The notes under the pieces were generated by a model. That model did no database searches. It had not been told where the DNA came from and was given only the letters and a program-made list of their open reading frames with translations. From positions 2,465,786 to 2,529,785 of the forward strand of contig MU056313.1 in assembly GCA_013239625.1 (NCBI GenBank): DNA of 64,000 nt, written 5' to 3'. Source of the stretch: Lama guanicoe. Lineage: Eukaryota. Of the stretch, positions 1 to 14,287 are shown piece after piece. Positions within the stretch are counted from its first letter, which is position 1. Each line of letters starts with the position of its first letter. The position numbers were made by a program, and so were the translations under genes.

Positions 1-1149
1 TCTGAGAAAAATGGACCCAGGCAGGTCCATCCCTTGGTTTCCAGATTGATTTCTTAGTATTTCTTTGGCGTAAGGGGAGTTTTTCCAAATGCCTTTCTTA
101 TAGCAAGTCATTTTAATTGATTCTTATTAAATCTCTCTCAGGTTACCAAGCCTCAAGCTTCCTGACTGGTTGTCAATATAATGGATCAAGATTATATTTA
201 CCTTTGCAGTCTTTTTTCCAATTATATATTTTAATTATATGCAAAGGAAAACATACATAAAGTGAAAAATAACCGCTTGCCTCCTCAAAGTGCAGTTTAA
301 CAGACAGGTTCTTCCTGGGCCCTCTTTGTTTTGATCTCCCCACTCCTTTCTGAGACCTGTGCTTTCTCTCCTAGATCAGCGCCTTCAGGACCTCTCTGAA
401 ATTCTATCATTCCTTTGCATCCTCTCTGGTGAAACCTGCCTCTAGAGCAACAGTTGATGTCACTTGCAATTTACTCTCATCCTTGTCTTAAAAGAATTTT
501 ACGTGTCAGTGAACAGGAAAAAGAGTTTTCCGCATTAGTGCCTTTAAGAGTATCCCAGAAACCACATTATTATATGTAACATAAGGTCGGCCCTGAAGTT
601 TGATTGGAAACCGTTGCTCACCACACCCAACATGAGCGTCCTTGATTTAGTTTTTGAAACCCTGTGTTTATGGTTATGTTCTTGAGAAGCATGTTCAAAA
701 ACCTTATAATCACACAATTCATACAGGATATTTATCTAAGCCTTCTTTGCCTTTCTTCAAATAACTTTTATCTTTTAGAGCATCAGGACTTTACCAGAAA
801 AACTGAAAGAAAAAAAAAAAAAAAGGAACAACACTGATCCGCAGGTTCCCCTGCAAACGTATAACCCATTTACTAGGTTACATGACTGAATAGCATGATC
901 TCTGACTTTTCTAGGAGGAGAATTGAGTGAACCGTGATGTCACCATTGCAGAAAATTGAAAATAGCAAAGTAATCATGCAGAGTAATGAGTCTCAGATGT
1001 AAATGTAAATAACGCAAGGTTAAGGACCGTTCTAACGATGTATGAGACTCTGAGGACGATGAGGGTCGTAACTGTACTGGAATGCTTCTGAAGCTGTGAT
1101 GTCAGGAAACAGGACTGATTTTAGAAGCCATCCCATTAGGATATTTGTA

Positions 1150-1270
1150 GTATTTACTCATGCAACAAAATTTATTAAGTACCAACTATGTGCCGACATT
1201 GTCTTAGGTGCTAGGGACACGGTCGTGAACAAGACACAGTCTTTACCTCAAGGAACTCAGAGTCTATCAT
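1150..1270 (-). mobile_element. LINE-2 3'-end fragment (degenerate)
   Basis: TTTATTAAGTACCAACTATGTGCC...TAGGTGCTAGGGACAC..GTGAACAAGACA resembles the reverse complement of the L2 3' terminus; boundaries approximate. Confidence 0.7.
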
Positions 1271-1454
1271 TCAACCAGTTTGCAGAGTAGACCGACATTT
1301 GTGTGAAGCAGACCATCTCCTGGGCGGTGAAAATGGGGACACACTAGATGAACTTGTCCCCTCAAGAGCGTATTCATGGGCCCTGTCATTGTGACTGAGA
1401 GTCCACTTTATTCATGTTTTTTAGTTGAAGGCTCCTACTTCAAAACCAGTGATA

Positions 1455-1720
1455 ATAATAATAATAACCATAACAGCCGTTGTAGGTCTTTATTGAGCAC
1501 TTTCTACGGGCCAGGCCCTGTAATTAGTCATTTATGCCTGTATCTCATGTAATGGTCCCAACAGCCCTATGAAGTAGGTGTGCAGAATTCCCATTGTACA
1601 GATAGACAAACTGAACACTTGCTTAGTAATCCTGCCCAGGCTCACGTGGTTGGTGAGTCCTGGATCTAGGAGCCAGGGCAGACGCACGCCTGGTGCACTG
1701 ACTCACCACCATACTGTCAC
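1455..1720 (-). mobile_element. MIR SINE
   Basis: TTTATTGAGCACTT...CAACAGCCCTATGAAGTAGG...CCCATTGTACAGATAGACAAACTGA is the MIR core in reverse orientation. Confidence 0.75.
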
Positions 1721-2559
1721 CCCACCAGGATTAGCTAAGTCCAAACCCTTTAACTAGTAGTCATTATCACCTAAGTTAGATTTGATTATTTAATTATTTT
1801 GCAGGATATAAGTTAATTTACTTGTTAACTGACAGTAAATTAGTGCACTTGGTTTATTTTACCAGTACCATGGGCCCTGAGTAGTTGAGACACAGGGTAC
1901 TTAACTAGCCCTCAGAAGAATGGAAAGATCTAGAACATGGCTGAAGATTTGGGTATGGATGGATCTCTGTTGCCATGGGGAAAGAGCAGTGGGAGGAACC
2001 TAGAAACTTGGAGGGAAATGAGAATGGATATCTTAGGAAGAAATGGAAAGAACCAAAACATTTATCCCTCCTAAAAAATTCTGCTGAGGGCCAGCCTTAG
2101 GCAAAATGATTTGAGCTAGTCATCTGTATCATTCTGACCAAGCTTTGTATTATATATCTTTTTCTTTTCATCAACCTTGAATCCATTCCAAATGCTAAAT
2201 CAGAAAAAAACAAAGAGTGCAGGGCACAGTGGTGCGGCAGAGACTGGCTCTATCTTGATAGAGTTTACATAAGATTCAAGAGTGTCTTGGACACACAGAA
2301 GACAGAGGATGGAGAGCAGCTTTGCTAAGTAAGAGCAATGGAGTAGCAAATGGGTAGCACTCAAGGAGTGCAAGGCTTAGGCACTCTCATGTCTTTTTAT
2401 TCCAAGATGATTTTGAGCATTCCTTTCCATCTTTAGTTTTTTGTAAGTTATAGACAACAGCTAGGTTATTCTCTGTTGCTGTCTTGCATTCTGAGATGAT
2501 GCCACCATCTGCCCAGTTTTCCCCAGTGTCATCTTGGTTTCCCCTCTCCCCAGCGACCT

Positions 2560-3246
2560 CAAAGTCCTGACTCGCAGGAGAAATGCCACTGCTACCCCTC
2601 TCTTCCGGTCTACAATTGTCCATTGCCTGGATTAGAATGCCAGCCACTACCTCATTTCCCTAATTCTCCAATCTAGTCTCCACACCACAGCGAGGGCAAT
2701 CTTAGAAATCCTCCTGCTCAGAACTTTCTCCTGGCTTTCAAGTGTCCTTCTTGCAAAACCCAAATTCCTTAACATAATATACAAAACACCTCGTGGTTTG
2801 GCCCCCGCTGGCCTCTCCAGCCACAAGTATCTTCCTGCCCTTCCTGCCTCACTCACTATGTCCCAGCTCTACAGAGAGCTTTCAGTTCCTTCCTTCCTGG
2901 ACCTCTGCACAGGCTGTCCCTCTGCCAGGAATGCTCTCTCCACCATTTCTTTCTTCCCATGGGAAGTTCCGTCTCCTCCTCAGCCTAGTCTAACTTCCAC
3001 CAGGGCACCATCTCAACTACTGGACACAACCTCCCCTGCTGTGAGCCAGAGCACGCTGCACTGCGCCCGCCACACTGAACTGTAACAGCCTGTTTACTTG
3101 TCTGTGTCCCTCACTAGACTGTAAGCTCCTTGAAGGCAGGGACCATGTCTGGCGCACCACTTGAATCCCCAGCACCTAGCACAATGCCTGGCACATGGCA
3201 GGTGTTCAGTGAAGACTCACTGAATTAACATGTAAGTGAATGAATA
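2560..3246 (+). mobile_element. LINE-2 3' region
   Basis: CACTAGACTGTAAGCTCCTTGAAGGCAGGGACC...CCCCAGCACCTAGCACAATGCCTGGCACAT...TGAATGAAT is the characteristic L2 3' end; 5' boundary approximate. Confidence 0.85.
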
Positions 3247-3795
3247 TAGGTTTCACCCTTGCAGTTAGTGGGTAAAGTCGGTGGGATGGAATCCTTGTTC
3301 AGTAGCTTATCTATGAAGTCTGCACATTTCTAGTGACAAAAGGCAGCATGGGTCTCCATCAAAGCACGCAGGAGGGACTCCACATACTGCTATTAGTAAC
3401 CGTGGTTCACTAATTCCATGATTCCCTAGCGCACAAAGGGAGCAGAGGAGGCAGAACTATTTGAACAGAAGTCTTCCTCCAGACCCTGGCCAGAAGGATA
3501 GCCCTCTTCCTTAGAAATCAATGGAACATGCATTTATATTCTTTAACAGAAAAATAAAAGTGAATGCAATTGTTTAAGTGCTTAGATATTCATTTGACTA
3601 TAAATTTAGAAATGATGATTACATGGGCCTAATGTCTTATCTAGAAAATATTTTGCAATCACTAAGGATTTACCTTAAACTAACTTGAACCACAATTTAT
3701 TCCATGAGACAATCATACAAACTGTCTGCTGGGATTATATTAATAAAAATTTCACATCCCATCTGGTTGGATATGTTTATAGGTGAGCCACATAA

Positions 3796-3850
3796 AAATA
3801 AAATAAAATAAAATAAAATAAAATAAAATAAAATAAAATAAAATAAAATA
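3796..3850. repeat. (AAATA)11 pentanucleotide microsatellite
   Basis: Perfect tandem array seen directly. Confidence 0.95.
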
Positions 3851-6800
3851 AAAAACACTTACTTAGGACCTCTTGATGCTTCAAAATAGAAAACAAGGAG
3901 ATGTTACAACCTTTCTGTACAATAACTAAACCCATATATGATGATAAAAGTGAAAGAAACACTCACTGAAAACACTATGCAGAGTTCAAATGTAATTTAA
4001 ATCCTCAGTGAACTTAAGCTTCTTTATCAGTGAAGATTGTCAATCAAAGCTTAAGCTATAAAAATATTGAGTTTCATCTGTTGATCTGAATCATAAAATA
4101 TTATCCCAACCAACAACATGTAGAGCATTTACTGCAGAATCTCAGTAAATGTAAAACATAGCAGCCAAGGCAATTAAAGCTTAAAAATCAAATGAGCATA
4201 AATTATAAAGAACCAAGGTATGCTGGCAATATTTTTGTGTCTGAAACAGCAAGTAGAAATCACATGCCTGCAATAAGAATACTAGGAACAGTAGAATTTT
4301 TATGACCTGAAAAGCAACCAAATGCTTTTAAACTGTGGAAAACAAAACTTTAAAAATGGGTTACCTTGAAATAAGAATCGTGTGTAATTTACAGTTTTAG
4401 GTTTTCTTAAACACTTCCTCTTGTGCTGATGCCCCGAGGTCAGTTGTAAGCACAGGGGTGCTGAGTTTTCAAAAAGAAAAGAGCAGAAACCAAAAGAGGG
4501 TAGCAAGACGTGCAGCAGTATCGCTGCTCTTTTGTTGTCTTTTCTGAGCATAGAGTAAATCCTAAATGAGTTTCTGAGTGTTAACATTCGTGTCGAATGA
4601 CAGAAAAAAAATTTTTTCAAGTCACTCGTGAAAAGTGCTGATTTCGTGAGACTATGCGTACGTATGCATGTCTGTTGGCTGATCATCTGTACCACTGCCT
4701 TCTGTGAGGCCTCTGTGTACCTTAGAGTGAGTCTAGATTGCTGCTTAATACCTTTCATTGTTGCATGACTAAAGGGATTCAAAAGGTCAAATGCAGCAGA
4801 GAAAATTCTAGTTCTGCCACTTACCACTACCACAGACGCTCTGCTTAAGCATGTGCCTTTCATTACGTTCCAGGATTATAGATAATTACCAATTGTTGCT
4901 GTTGGGGAGGGGGAGAGAGGTTCTCTTCTCATTTCTATTGGCATGGATTCTAGACGTTGCCCCTTGAGACGATAAACTGAATTTTTAATCTACAAAATCA
5001 TAATTCATGGAAAACAGCCATTCTAAGGTAGGATGCAGGATGGTCGATATTCTGCTCCCGTTTCCACATCTTATCATAGAAACAGATTTCTATAAATCAG
5101 GAATTTGTATATTTGTTTGTTGTATATATTTTTTTAAGGCAGAAGCCCAAGTTGTAAGCCCTGGTAAATATACTTGTTTAGTAAAGTTGCTGCCCTCTAC
5201 TGTTCAAAATGTTTTTTAAACACATTTTCGTTTAAGAGAAGTTTCTCTCTCTCCTTAGCAAAATAAAGTACCGTACATGAAAACAGACATTATAAAATTG
5301 AGAATTAATAATATTATTAAGTGTGTAACGTTAGAAACAGCGAGATTTGAAAGAGCCAAAGATTAGTTTTCCTGTAGAAGCAGTAGTGGGCCTCTACAGA
5401 CAGGACAAAATTACTGGAAAATTCTCTCTAATGTCAATTACACTAAGAATCAGCTCCAACCAAACTATCCTATAAAATAGCCGTATGCCGCAGCTATAAT
5501 CTAAATGATAATTGGAGAAAAACAGTATTTTACTACAACCAAAATCTCAATTACTACTTTTGCACTATTGAATCGGATATAAATTGAATCAAGTTTTTAA
5601 ATTAAACAGAAGATGGTAAAACAGAATATTTTCTATCAATTTCACTGCTACTTCTGAAATATAAACCAAATAGAATGTTGACATAAATAAGAGACTATAG
5701 CTCAAGATTTCTGCAACATTTCTCATAGTAATTACAGGATGTTCTCCACAAAGTTATGACAGTAAAGGAGAATCCTATTTTAAAAGAAAGAAAATAACAA
5801 TCTCAACGCCGTGCTTGTCCAGACACAGGCTTTGTGACCCCACCAGAACTGTCATCGTAGTCTGCTTTTATCGCTTAGCGCCCCATTGGAAACATGTCTC
5901 AGGGTTACGCGATCTTTCTCATTACGATCACCAGATTTGGGATAACGTAGACCCTCTCACTCTTGTGTCATGATGTCTCAAACTTTTCTTTCACTGCCTG
6001 TGACTACTATTATAATCTCATAAAATATTGAAATAAAAGGCACATCTCTAAAAAGACGTTGGATAGAATTGATTATTAAATACAGACTGTGTTGTTAACA
6101 AAACAACACACACTATTGGGAAGGCAACAGGTCAGTTTCACACTCGGACAAGCTACTGTCAAAATAATGGCTTTTGTTTGAATGTGGCGTATCTCAAAAC
6201 ATCCAATATTACAAGATTGTAGGGCATTTCTTCCAGAGTGGAGATACAACTGCTCCGTGGAAGTCCTTGAGCTCTTTAAAAATTGTAAGGGAATGATACG
6301 GACCTGCTTTGAAGCAGTGAGCACGTAACAGATCTGAAATATGTCCCCTCCTGGCCAAGGTGAATGGCTTTTAGCGAACTGGAGCTTTTTTTTTTCCCCC
6401 TTGACTTAAAATACTACCATCCAGTTGCTCCATGTTTAATTAGTGTCATGTAATAAATTCTCAAAGAAGTCATAACCCATATTGGCACTTTAAGCATCTC
6501 TTTTAAATGCAAAATCAATGGCTTGAATCAATCTGGTCAGGCATGTATTATTTAAAGGCACTAAGGACACTGCTAGGTAAAGTAAATGCTCTTTTTTTTC
6601 TATTACTAAAGCAATTGCATATATTTTCTCAACTTGTTTATATTAACAGTCCTGGTTTTCATATCTTAAATACAACATTCAGAAAAAAGTACACTGTAAG
6701 TCAAGTATAAAAACTGGCTTTTTCTCTAAAGTGTTAGCCAAACCCGGGTGGGATTTTCTCCCCCTCTCTTTCGCAACCTTGACCAGCCACAGCAATCTGA

Positions 6801-7103
6801 AAAACCTAACCCCACCCACACCCATTTCTCTAGCTTAAGGTGGACAGGTAGGTGACTGCTGGGGTAGCTCATAAAATGTGACCTTTCTTCACTTTCCAAG
6901 AGGCTCCTTGTCGTCACACCTCTTCAGTGGTCCACGCCATTCCTCAGTTAGCGGGGACCCCCGGGGACATTTTATTTTTCTGGAACGTGTCCTCCCGCCT
7001 TACCTAAGGCCGCCCGCAAAGCGCAGCTAGCAGGCGTCCTCTCAGTCCCATCAAGAACGTCTACCTAATGCATCAGTTTTCCCTTCACCCCTTTTTCTTG
7101 CAG

Positions 7104-7262
7104 CCCCCTCTCCCAGCCACTCCGACACCGGTTCCAAGGGACCCTGGCCGGAAGCCTGTTTCCCTGTCACCACATGGAGAAGTAACTGGTAGCCCCTCCC
7201 CTCCGCCCAGGACCAGCATCCCCACACCAAGCCCGTGCACCCCGGCTCTCTCTCCCATCTGG
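7104..7262 (+). CDS. SORBS2: SORBS2 alternative Pro-rich exon (53 aa, PPLPATPTPVPRDPGRK...ALSPIW), phase 0-0
   Basis: Acceptor TTTTTCTTGCAG|, donor TGG|GTGAGC, 159 nt; peptide matches my recollection of a human SORBS2 alternative exon (PPLPTTPTPVPREPGRK...). Confidence 0.85.
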
Positions 7263-8459
7263 GTGAGCTCCTTCCCCCTCTACCGTAGCGAACGCCGCCA
7301 GGAAGTTCAGGTGTCGCCCTCGTTCCCCAGAGGTTAAGATAACCAGAGGCTGGCTACTCACCGTCACCACCACCGTGCTGCCCTTTTCTCTCTCACCCAG
7401 ACCCCAGGTTCTTCATGTCAACCAACCCCCTAACAGTCTCGCAGCACCTCTCACTCCTCCCCCACCTTGTATCTCTTCCTGCCGAATCCCTCCCCTCCCC
7501 CAGGCTCTCCAAGTGCCTACACCTGAGCCCACTGTCCACCGCGTGCAGGCTCGCACGCCGGGGCCAAGGAGGGTGTGGGCATGGAGACACTCACCCACCC
7601 AGAAGAGCTATCTGGTGGCTGAGTTGAGCCCATTTTGACACCCTGCTGTGCTACCAGGCTCATTCTCACTGTCCCAGGGAGTTTGTCGAAGTTTACGCAG
7701 CCAGCTAAGGAGAAAACCAGACAGGACAGCAGAGGAAGCAGAGCCAGGGGCCTAAGTGGTGACACCGGAGCTCAACTCCATGTCCTGAGTTTGCTCATTT
7801 TACTTTACTTCCTTTGTTCTCTCTGGCTGAGATTTGTCGGATGAGAGTTGATGCATGTCTGCGTGCGAATGTGTGTGTTTTTCATGCCTCACAGCGTTGC
7901 CCTCACTNNNNNNNNNNNNNNNNNNNNNNNNNNNNNNNNNNNNNNNNNNNNNNNNNNNNNNNNNNNNNNNNNNNNNNNNNNNNNNNNNNNNNNNNNNNNN
8001 NNNNNNNNNNNNNNNNNNNNNNNNNNNNNNNNNNNNNNNNNNNNNNNNNNNNNNNNNNNNNNNAAGATGATTAGGGGAATGTTGTTTGATTTTTAAAGCA
8101 TACCATTATCAGAAGAGATAGGCGTCACTTAGAGAATAAAAGCAGAATAGTATATACACTAAAAACACACTGAAAAAAGTGTATCCTACATACACAGATT
8201 TGGTACAGCTTAGCCCACATTCACTTCTCTACCAGTTAAACGTGCTCAGACACTTCCTGTAGAGTTTTTCTTTACCATCAAATCATGCACTAGGATTACT
8301 TTATGTCTAATTGATTGCAAATTCAAAATGTTAAGATAGTTTCTGTCTTAGAATAGTCCGACAATCATTACAGATTTATAGAAGATTTGTATTTGTTTAC
8401 AGTCCGTTTGGGTCTAGTTCAAGCAGAGGAACACTGTGAAATTTACAATAAAAATAATT

Positions 8460-8640
8460 ACTATTATGATAGCTCCCGTTTGCTGAGAACTCACCAAGCG
8501 CCTGGAGAGTGCTGGGTTCTGTACTCATCCTCTCAGTGAGTCCTCACAATGTTCCTCCAGGATAAAGAACCCGGAGGCCAGAGGGGTTAAGTAATTTGCC
8601 CAAGATAGTAAATGGCAGAGTCAGAAGTTAAACCATGGCC
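8460..8640 (-). mobile_element. MIR SINE (degenerate)
   Basis: GAGGCCAGAGGGGTTAAGTAATTTGCCCAAG..AGTAAATGGCAGAG MIR motif. Confidence 0.7.
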
Positions 8641-9836
8641 TATCAAAAAACAAAAACAAACAAACAAAAACCTCTAGCAAATCCCCACTGTAATACACTG
8701 CCAGAATATCTCCGCTATAAAATACCTCACCTGCTCTTAGGGATATAAGGAAAAGGAAAAAGAAGGAAACCCTATGGACCTTGATTTCTGGTCCTGCTAC
8801 TGAAAACCACCACAAGATCTGTAGTCCCCAAAACCCAACCAAAGGTCAGCCTTATGAGAATTGCTTAATCTGTTCGGGATAAAGAGTCAATCCAAGCTTC
8901 AAATAACAATTTCCATTATTAACTCAAGTTTTACCAGGGAACTATATCTACCAACAGCAGTGCATCTGATGTCTGTCAATTACATATTTTTTATACTCTC
9001 ACCGGTGTTTCTGAATTTTCAACACGTAAAGAACATACTGAATACACTGTACAGAAGTTTCATGAAAGATCAGAGTGTACAGTCTTTCTTTTATCATAAT
9101 CATATACTGATTTACATACTCAAGTACTGACTATATATTATATACTAGGTGGTTATAGTTGTTAGTCCCTTTTGTCCATTAAAACGCAAAGCAGACTTGG
9201 TTAGATTTGTTATATCTTATTGAACTGGATCAAAAGTCACTGTAAATGAATATAAACCGAATAATTTTTTTTAGAATTTCTATAACTAACAGGAAAATTT
9301 TTTTTCTAAGTTGTATCCAAGTAGTCACATAAATGCATTTTATTTTAGAGAAAAAAATTCCCCAGCTGTATTTTATATGTATTGTTATTTTTGTTTATAG
9401 ATAGTTTGTACAGACTAGACCAGTTTCTGTTCTGAGCCGAAATTACCAGCATTTTTCTATAGTCATTTTCAACCACACGTGGAAACTCACCAGCATGCTA
9501 TCCACCTGCTCTTTCAGCGTTTCTTTAATATACCTTGCATTCCTCTGTGGCTAGAGACTAGGAGTGCTAATTTTGATTTGAAGAAATGGGTTTATATATA
9601 TACTAATCAAATCACTAGTAATTTTGCCCAGCGCTTGAGAATATTTACAAACATTGTGCTCTTCCTCCTGGGCTACCCCCATTTTGCTCCATTCATGTCA
9701 CTCTTTGTGTGTATCCGATGCTATCAGCACTCAGTTTCTAACTGTTGTCACCTTTTCCACATGTTCATTCCTTGCTGCCATTGATTCTCCTCCATTCCAT
9801 CTCCACACTCTGCTTATGTGGTGCATCTACACCCAG

Positions 9837-9893
9837 CCTCCTAAAAAGGCTCTGGACTATGTTCAAGATCATTCTTCTGGTGTTTCCAAAGAG
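9837..9893 (+). CDS. SORBS2: SORBS2 alternative exon PPKKALDYVQDHSSGVSKE (19 aa), phase 0-0
   Basis: CCCAG| acceptor, GAG|GTAAAA donor, 57 nt; peptide recognisable from SORBS2 isoforms. Confidence 0.88.
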
Positions 9894-12800
9894 GTAAAAA
9901 TAAATTATTCTCTTTTTCAGATTTCTCTCTTAAGACCTGTTACTGTGATTCTGAACATCCGTGTTTTACAATCCACTGCAGTGTCTAAGCTGTTTTGAGA
10001 ATCTATCTTTGCATCATTGTGTTGTATCCAGTATCACTGTTTGTACGTTAATTATACCAAAGCTGTTGGCCCTCTCGGAAACGTAGGTGAAAAATCACTC
10101 CAATCATAACTTGTAGTTGAACTATCCAGTGCAGGCTGGTATCCAGAATATAATCAGAAGTCAAAAGTAGTCGTGTTAGTGCACATATTCAATTAGACAG
10201 AGTAAAATACTACTAGGAGTCTTCTCAGAGCCATTTTATCACCATGCTTGCAGGTGCAGAATGACAGTCTAGACTCTAAGATAATCAAATTTTTATGTAC
10301 CATGTTTGCCTAAAATTTATTTTAATTCTTTCATTTTCCTAAATACAATCTGTGGAATTTACCATCAGATAAAATCAAGAACAGGGCTGACAAATAACTG
10401 GCACATATGTCACCACTTCCCAGTTCCACACTCTTAACAGACATTACTAATCCTTCTCAGTACTGTAATCCAAGTAGCCATTATAATAGATTATCGCTCA
10501 GTTAAATATGTGCAACTAGAAAGTAAAACTAGTAGGATATCTATGTTGCAGGAAGTACTACTGACACATGGTGGTGACCACTGGAATTGCAGGCATGGTC
10601 TCAGGAGGAAATACTCAACTTACCAGAGCTTCAATTTGCAATTCCAAATAATTTCTCCCAAGGAAAGCATCAGAATGTATGTTAAAATAGGGAAGTGTCT
10701 AAATATTTATATATTAAATAAAAAATAATCGGGAACATTCTGGATTATTGAATTCAATCATTTCTAAAGGCTAATGTGTTGTACATAGGCATATAATCTG
10801 AAGAAAATCAAATACAACAAGCAGTTCTATTCTGCGCATCATGTTCCCCTCACATCTGAAGAAAAGGTATCACTTCTATACAGGAACAGGCAAAGAACTG
10901 ACTTTGGCATTCAATTTGGTCAGATATTGCTCTCAGATATCTTGATGAAATATTTCCAGGATGTTTTTAAGGCAATTAGTTCACTGAGAACTGACATGGA
11001 ATTCAGAGATCACCATGTCCAACTTACTCATTTTTCAGTCAAGAAAAGTAGAGCCCAGCGATTTTAAGAAATATGTCCCAAATCACATGGTAAGATGGTA
11101 GAGAATTAAAAATAAAATACAGGTCTCTTAACGTTCACTTCAGTGCTATTTTCTTTATATCATACTTCCGAGCACTTCTAAGAGATGTATTTAGAGTTCA
11201 AATCTTTTGCTTAATACTATTCCTTATTAGCTATTGATTTCTGTGATATAAATTCTGATAGTTAACATTACACAGTAATTCCTGGGACAAAAATAGTAGA
11301 AACTTAATTCTATGCTTTCTATGATGTTATAGTTGTGGCAAAAAAAAATCACATAAAAAGCACTTTGCCAATGGTTAAACTAATTTTCTATTCTCTCTCT
11401 GGGATTGAGAGGGGGTGTCGTATGTTCTGATAGTATATCAACTATGTTATTAATTTCACATCACAGTTTTTGGAGTGTTAAAAAATATTCTGATAAGGTA
11501 CTGAATTCTGTCTCTAGTTACCTTATGTAAAACTATAGTAAAATCTATAATTGAATAGACATTATCTTGGCTACTATTTACCAAGTGCCTAGTACATACC
11601 ATGAATAACATACTTTTTACATACTTTTTAATCCTAAATATAACTGAGAAACGGCATTAATAAAGAAAAATTAAGGACTTTTAAGCAAAGTTTAAGAGCA
11701 TGATCACTTAGCAGAAAGAGTGATTCATTGTCTACACTTTATTAAAATGAGCTTCATTGAGATGTGTTAAAATGATGGTAATATGTAAATATTCAGTAAA
11801 GCATCATAGGTAAACAGGTACCTCTTTTCTGGAGACAACTTCCATTTCAGAATGAGTATCATTCACATAATTATCATACAAGTTTTTTCTCTCAGTCATC
11901 TATCTAGATTTTTTACTATTTCCTTATAATTTAATACTGAACCTTTCCCTTTGAGCATACATAAAAATCACAAAAAGTTTATTTTGGATTGTGGAAATCA
12001 GCAAAGGAGGAACAATTGTAGTTTCTTAGCCTAAGTCTAAAATACAGTTAATTTATCATCATGGAGCCTTCACTTCTTACACTACGTTTAGTTCATGTTA
12101 CAGTATTGCTTAGCTCATGCTGGTGATTCAAAATTTCTGATCACTCTAGGGTTGTTTTAAGAGTGTTCTGAAACTGACACTTTTTGATGGCCAACTGTGG
12201 CTTGTGGCTGGGTGTCTCACGAAAGCCACAATCAACAGGATGGCAATGTTCTGAGTTGCTTTCGTGTTGCTCTTCTGCAAACATGCAGAATTAATTTTTA
12301 ATTCTATTAATTTTTATTAATATTTCTAAATCGGAATATGATTATCTGGTTTTATTTATTTACTTATTTGCCTTCCTTATTATTTAGTATTTATCTTTCC
12401 ACCTTTCCAGTGTCCAATTCATAATTCAGCAAGTTAAAATAGTCATGTAAACTTACCCATCAGCAGACGAAATTTTTTTCTAACTTTATATTTCTTGAGA
12501 ACTTAGGAATCTAAATATTTTATATGAACTAAAATAATATATGCTTTTTTCTGTTTAAAAAGAGGGGATAATATTCTCTTGCAAAGAGATGCTTTTGTTT
12601 GTTTCTGGGCAATTTCGTTCTCATTCAGTAAAGACAGAATTAAGTGAAAATATTAGTCAAAGTAGCAATTTTAGAGTTATGCATAAGGGGACTTGTCAGA
12701 CTGATCTACATAAAGAATGTCAGAACTATATACTAATATTTCAATTCATTAATTAGTGCTAATTTACAAATAGAAAATAAAGCTATAGAAATAGTTTTTA

Positions 12801-13725
12801 AATTGTGGTCTAATTTCCACTAAGTAGGTTTATTAAACTCCAGTGAAATATTTCTGTGTGATGGGAATTTAAGATAAAATTTGTCAAATCCTGCCTTTCT
12901 GGCTGACATTTTTAAACGTTCATACAGAAGAACATTTTCAAACTAGAATTTCAGTTCTTTATCAGACTGCAGTTTAGTTGTGATGAAGAACTGATCATCA
13001 AATATGACCAAAGCCAAGACTTTATATACACTGTGTGTGCATATATATATATACACACTTGGTATGCACGTCCCTATACATTCTAGACATCATGCAACTA
13101 CAGTCATCTTAAATTTGTATCTAATATTTTTGCTCAATATCTATTTCATTGTATGTTCAGAATGAAAGAGTATGAAAATGGTGTGGTATAATACACACTT
13201 GGAATTATTTATCAATTTGTATTATTTATTTTTCTTTATTCCTACAACCATGGGTAACTGAGAGTTGATTTTCTGACTAAAGTGTTAAAATCCACTTTTT
13301 AAAAAAGTGTTTATTTTGGTTCATTAAATCATTTATTTTAAACTAACTATGAACTTAACTAATTTCAAAGATATAAATCTGTACCTGATTTAAGTACCGG
13401 GTAGTCTGGTTTAATTTCAAACCAAATTCTCTGGTTTTTATGAAAATGTCATGTCTATGTTGACAGATGAAAGTTCTGCTTAGGTTTTATGCCTATTTAA
13501 AGATAACACCTGGCCACATGACAAAAAATTTATAAAGAAATCTTTTATAAGGATTGAATGATGACTACAAGTATTTCTTTAAACATCAAACCATTCCTTT
13601 ATGTAAGAAATTTATATTTACAGCCTATTTCTACATGAAAGAGTGGTCATTGATTTTTCTTTTTTCTCCCCAGCAGTGTTTGGGTTGTGGATATTTTGAG
13701 TTACACAGAGAAATGCAGGGCAGTA

Positions 13726-14024
13726 CAGCCAGCCCTCCATACCCATGGGTTCTGCATTCACAGATTCAACCGACTTGGGAACAAAAATACTTTTGAAAAA
13801 ATACTTCCAGAAATTTCCAAAAGTCAAAACTTGAACTTGCCATGCCAGCAACTGTTCACATAACATTTCCACTGTATTAGGTATTATAAGTAAGCTAGAA
13901 ATGGCAGGTTATATGCAAATACTACAACCATTTTATATAAGGGATTGGACATCCTCAGATTGTTGTATCCTCGGGGTGGGCGGGGGAGTAGTCCTGGAAC
14001 CAATCCCCCTCAGATACCAAGGGG
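13726..14024 (-). mobile_element. MER2-like TcMar-Tigger non-autonomous DNA transposon
   Basis: TA-CAGCCAGCCCTCCATACCCATGGGTTCTGCA left end and GTCCTGGAACCAATCCCCCTCAGATACCAAGGG right end resemble MER2 termini. Confidence 0.8.
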
Positions 14025-14237
14025 TAAAGGATATCAGAAGCGAAAGTAGATAGGAAGAAGTAGAAATTAGATTGTATGATTTCTGTTTGGGAAGACATTT
14101 TTATGACCATAGTAAATGGTATTCTTAATCTCAATTTTGACAATATTCTTTCTAGGATACCTAATTTAATGTCCAGGGACAAAGGAAATTTTGCCATGGT
14201 AAAAATTTCTTATGGAACTATTTTTCTGTCTCAACAG

Positions 14238-14287
14238 GCCTCCTTGTATCAATCCTCTATAGACAGGAGCCTGGAAAGACCTGCTAG
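14238..14287 (+). CDS. SORBS2: SORBS2 exon ASLYQSSIDRSLERPA(S), phase 0-2
   Basis: TTTTTCTGTCTCAACAG| acceptor, AG|GTAAGC donor, 50 nt; peptide matches SORBS2. Confidence 0.95.

Noticed and set aside
4300-4863. 187-aa minus-strand ORF
   Set aside because: No recognisable domain or splice context; composition typical of random intronic sequence.
7814-8096. ORFs containing X runs (also around 16064-16459, 53782-54085 and 58333-58717)
   Set aside because: Artefacts of translating through N-gaps.
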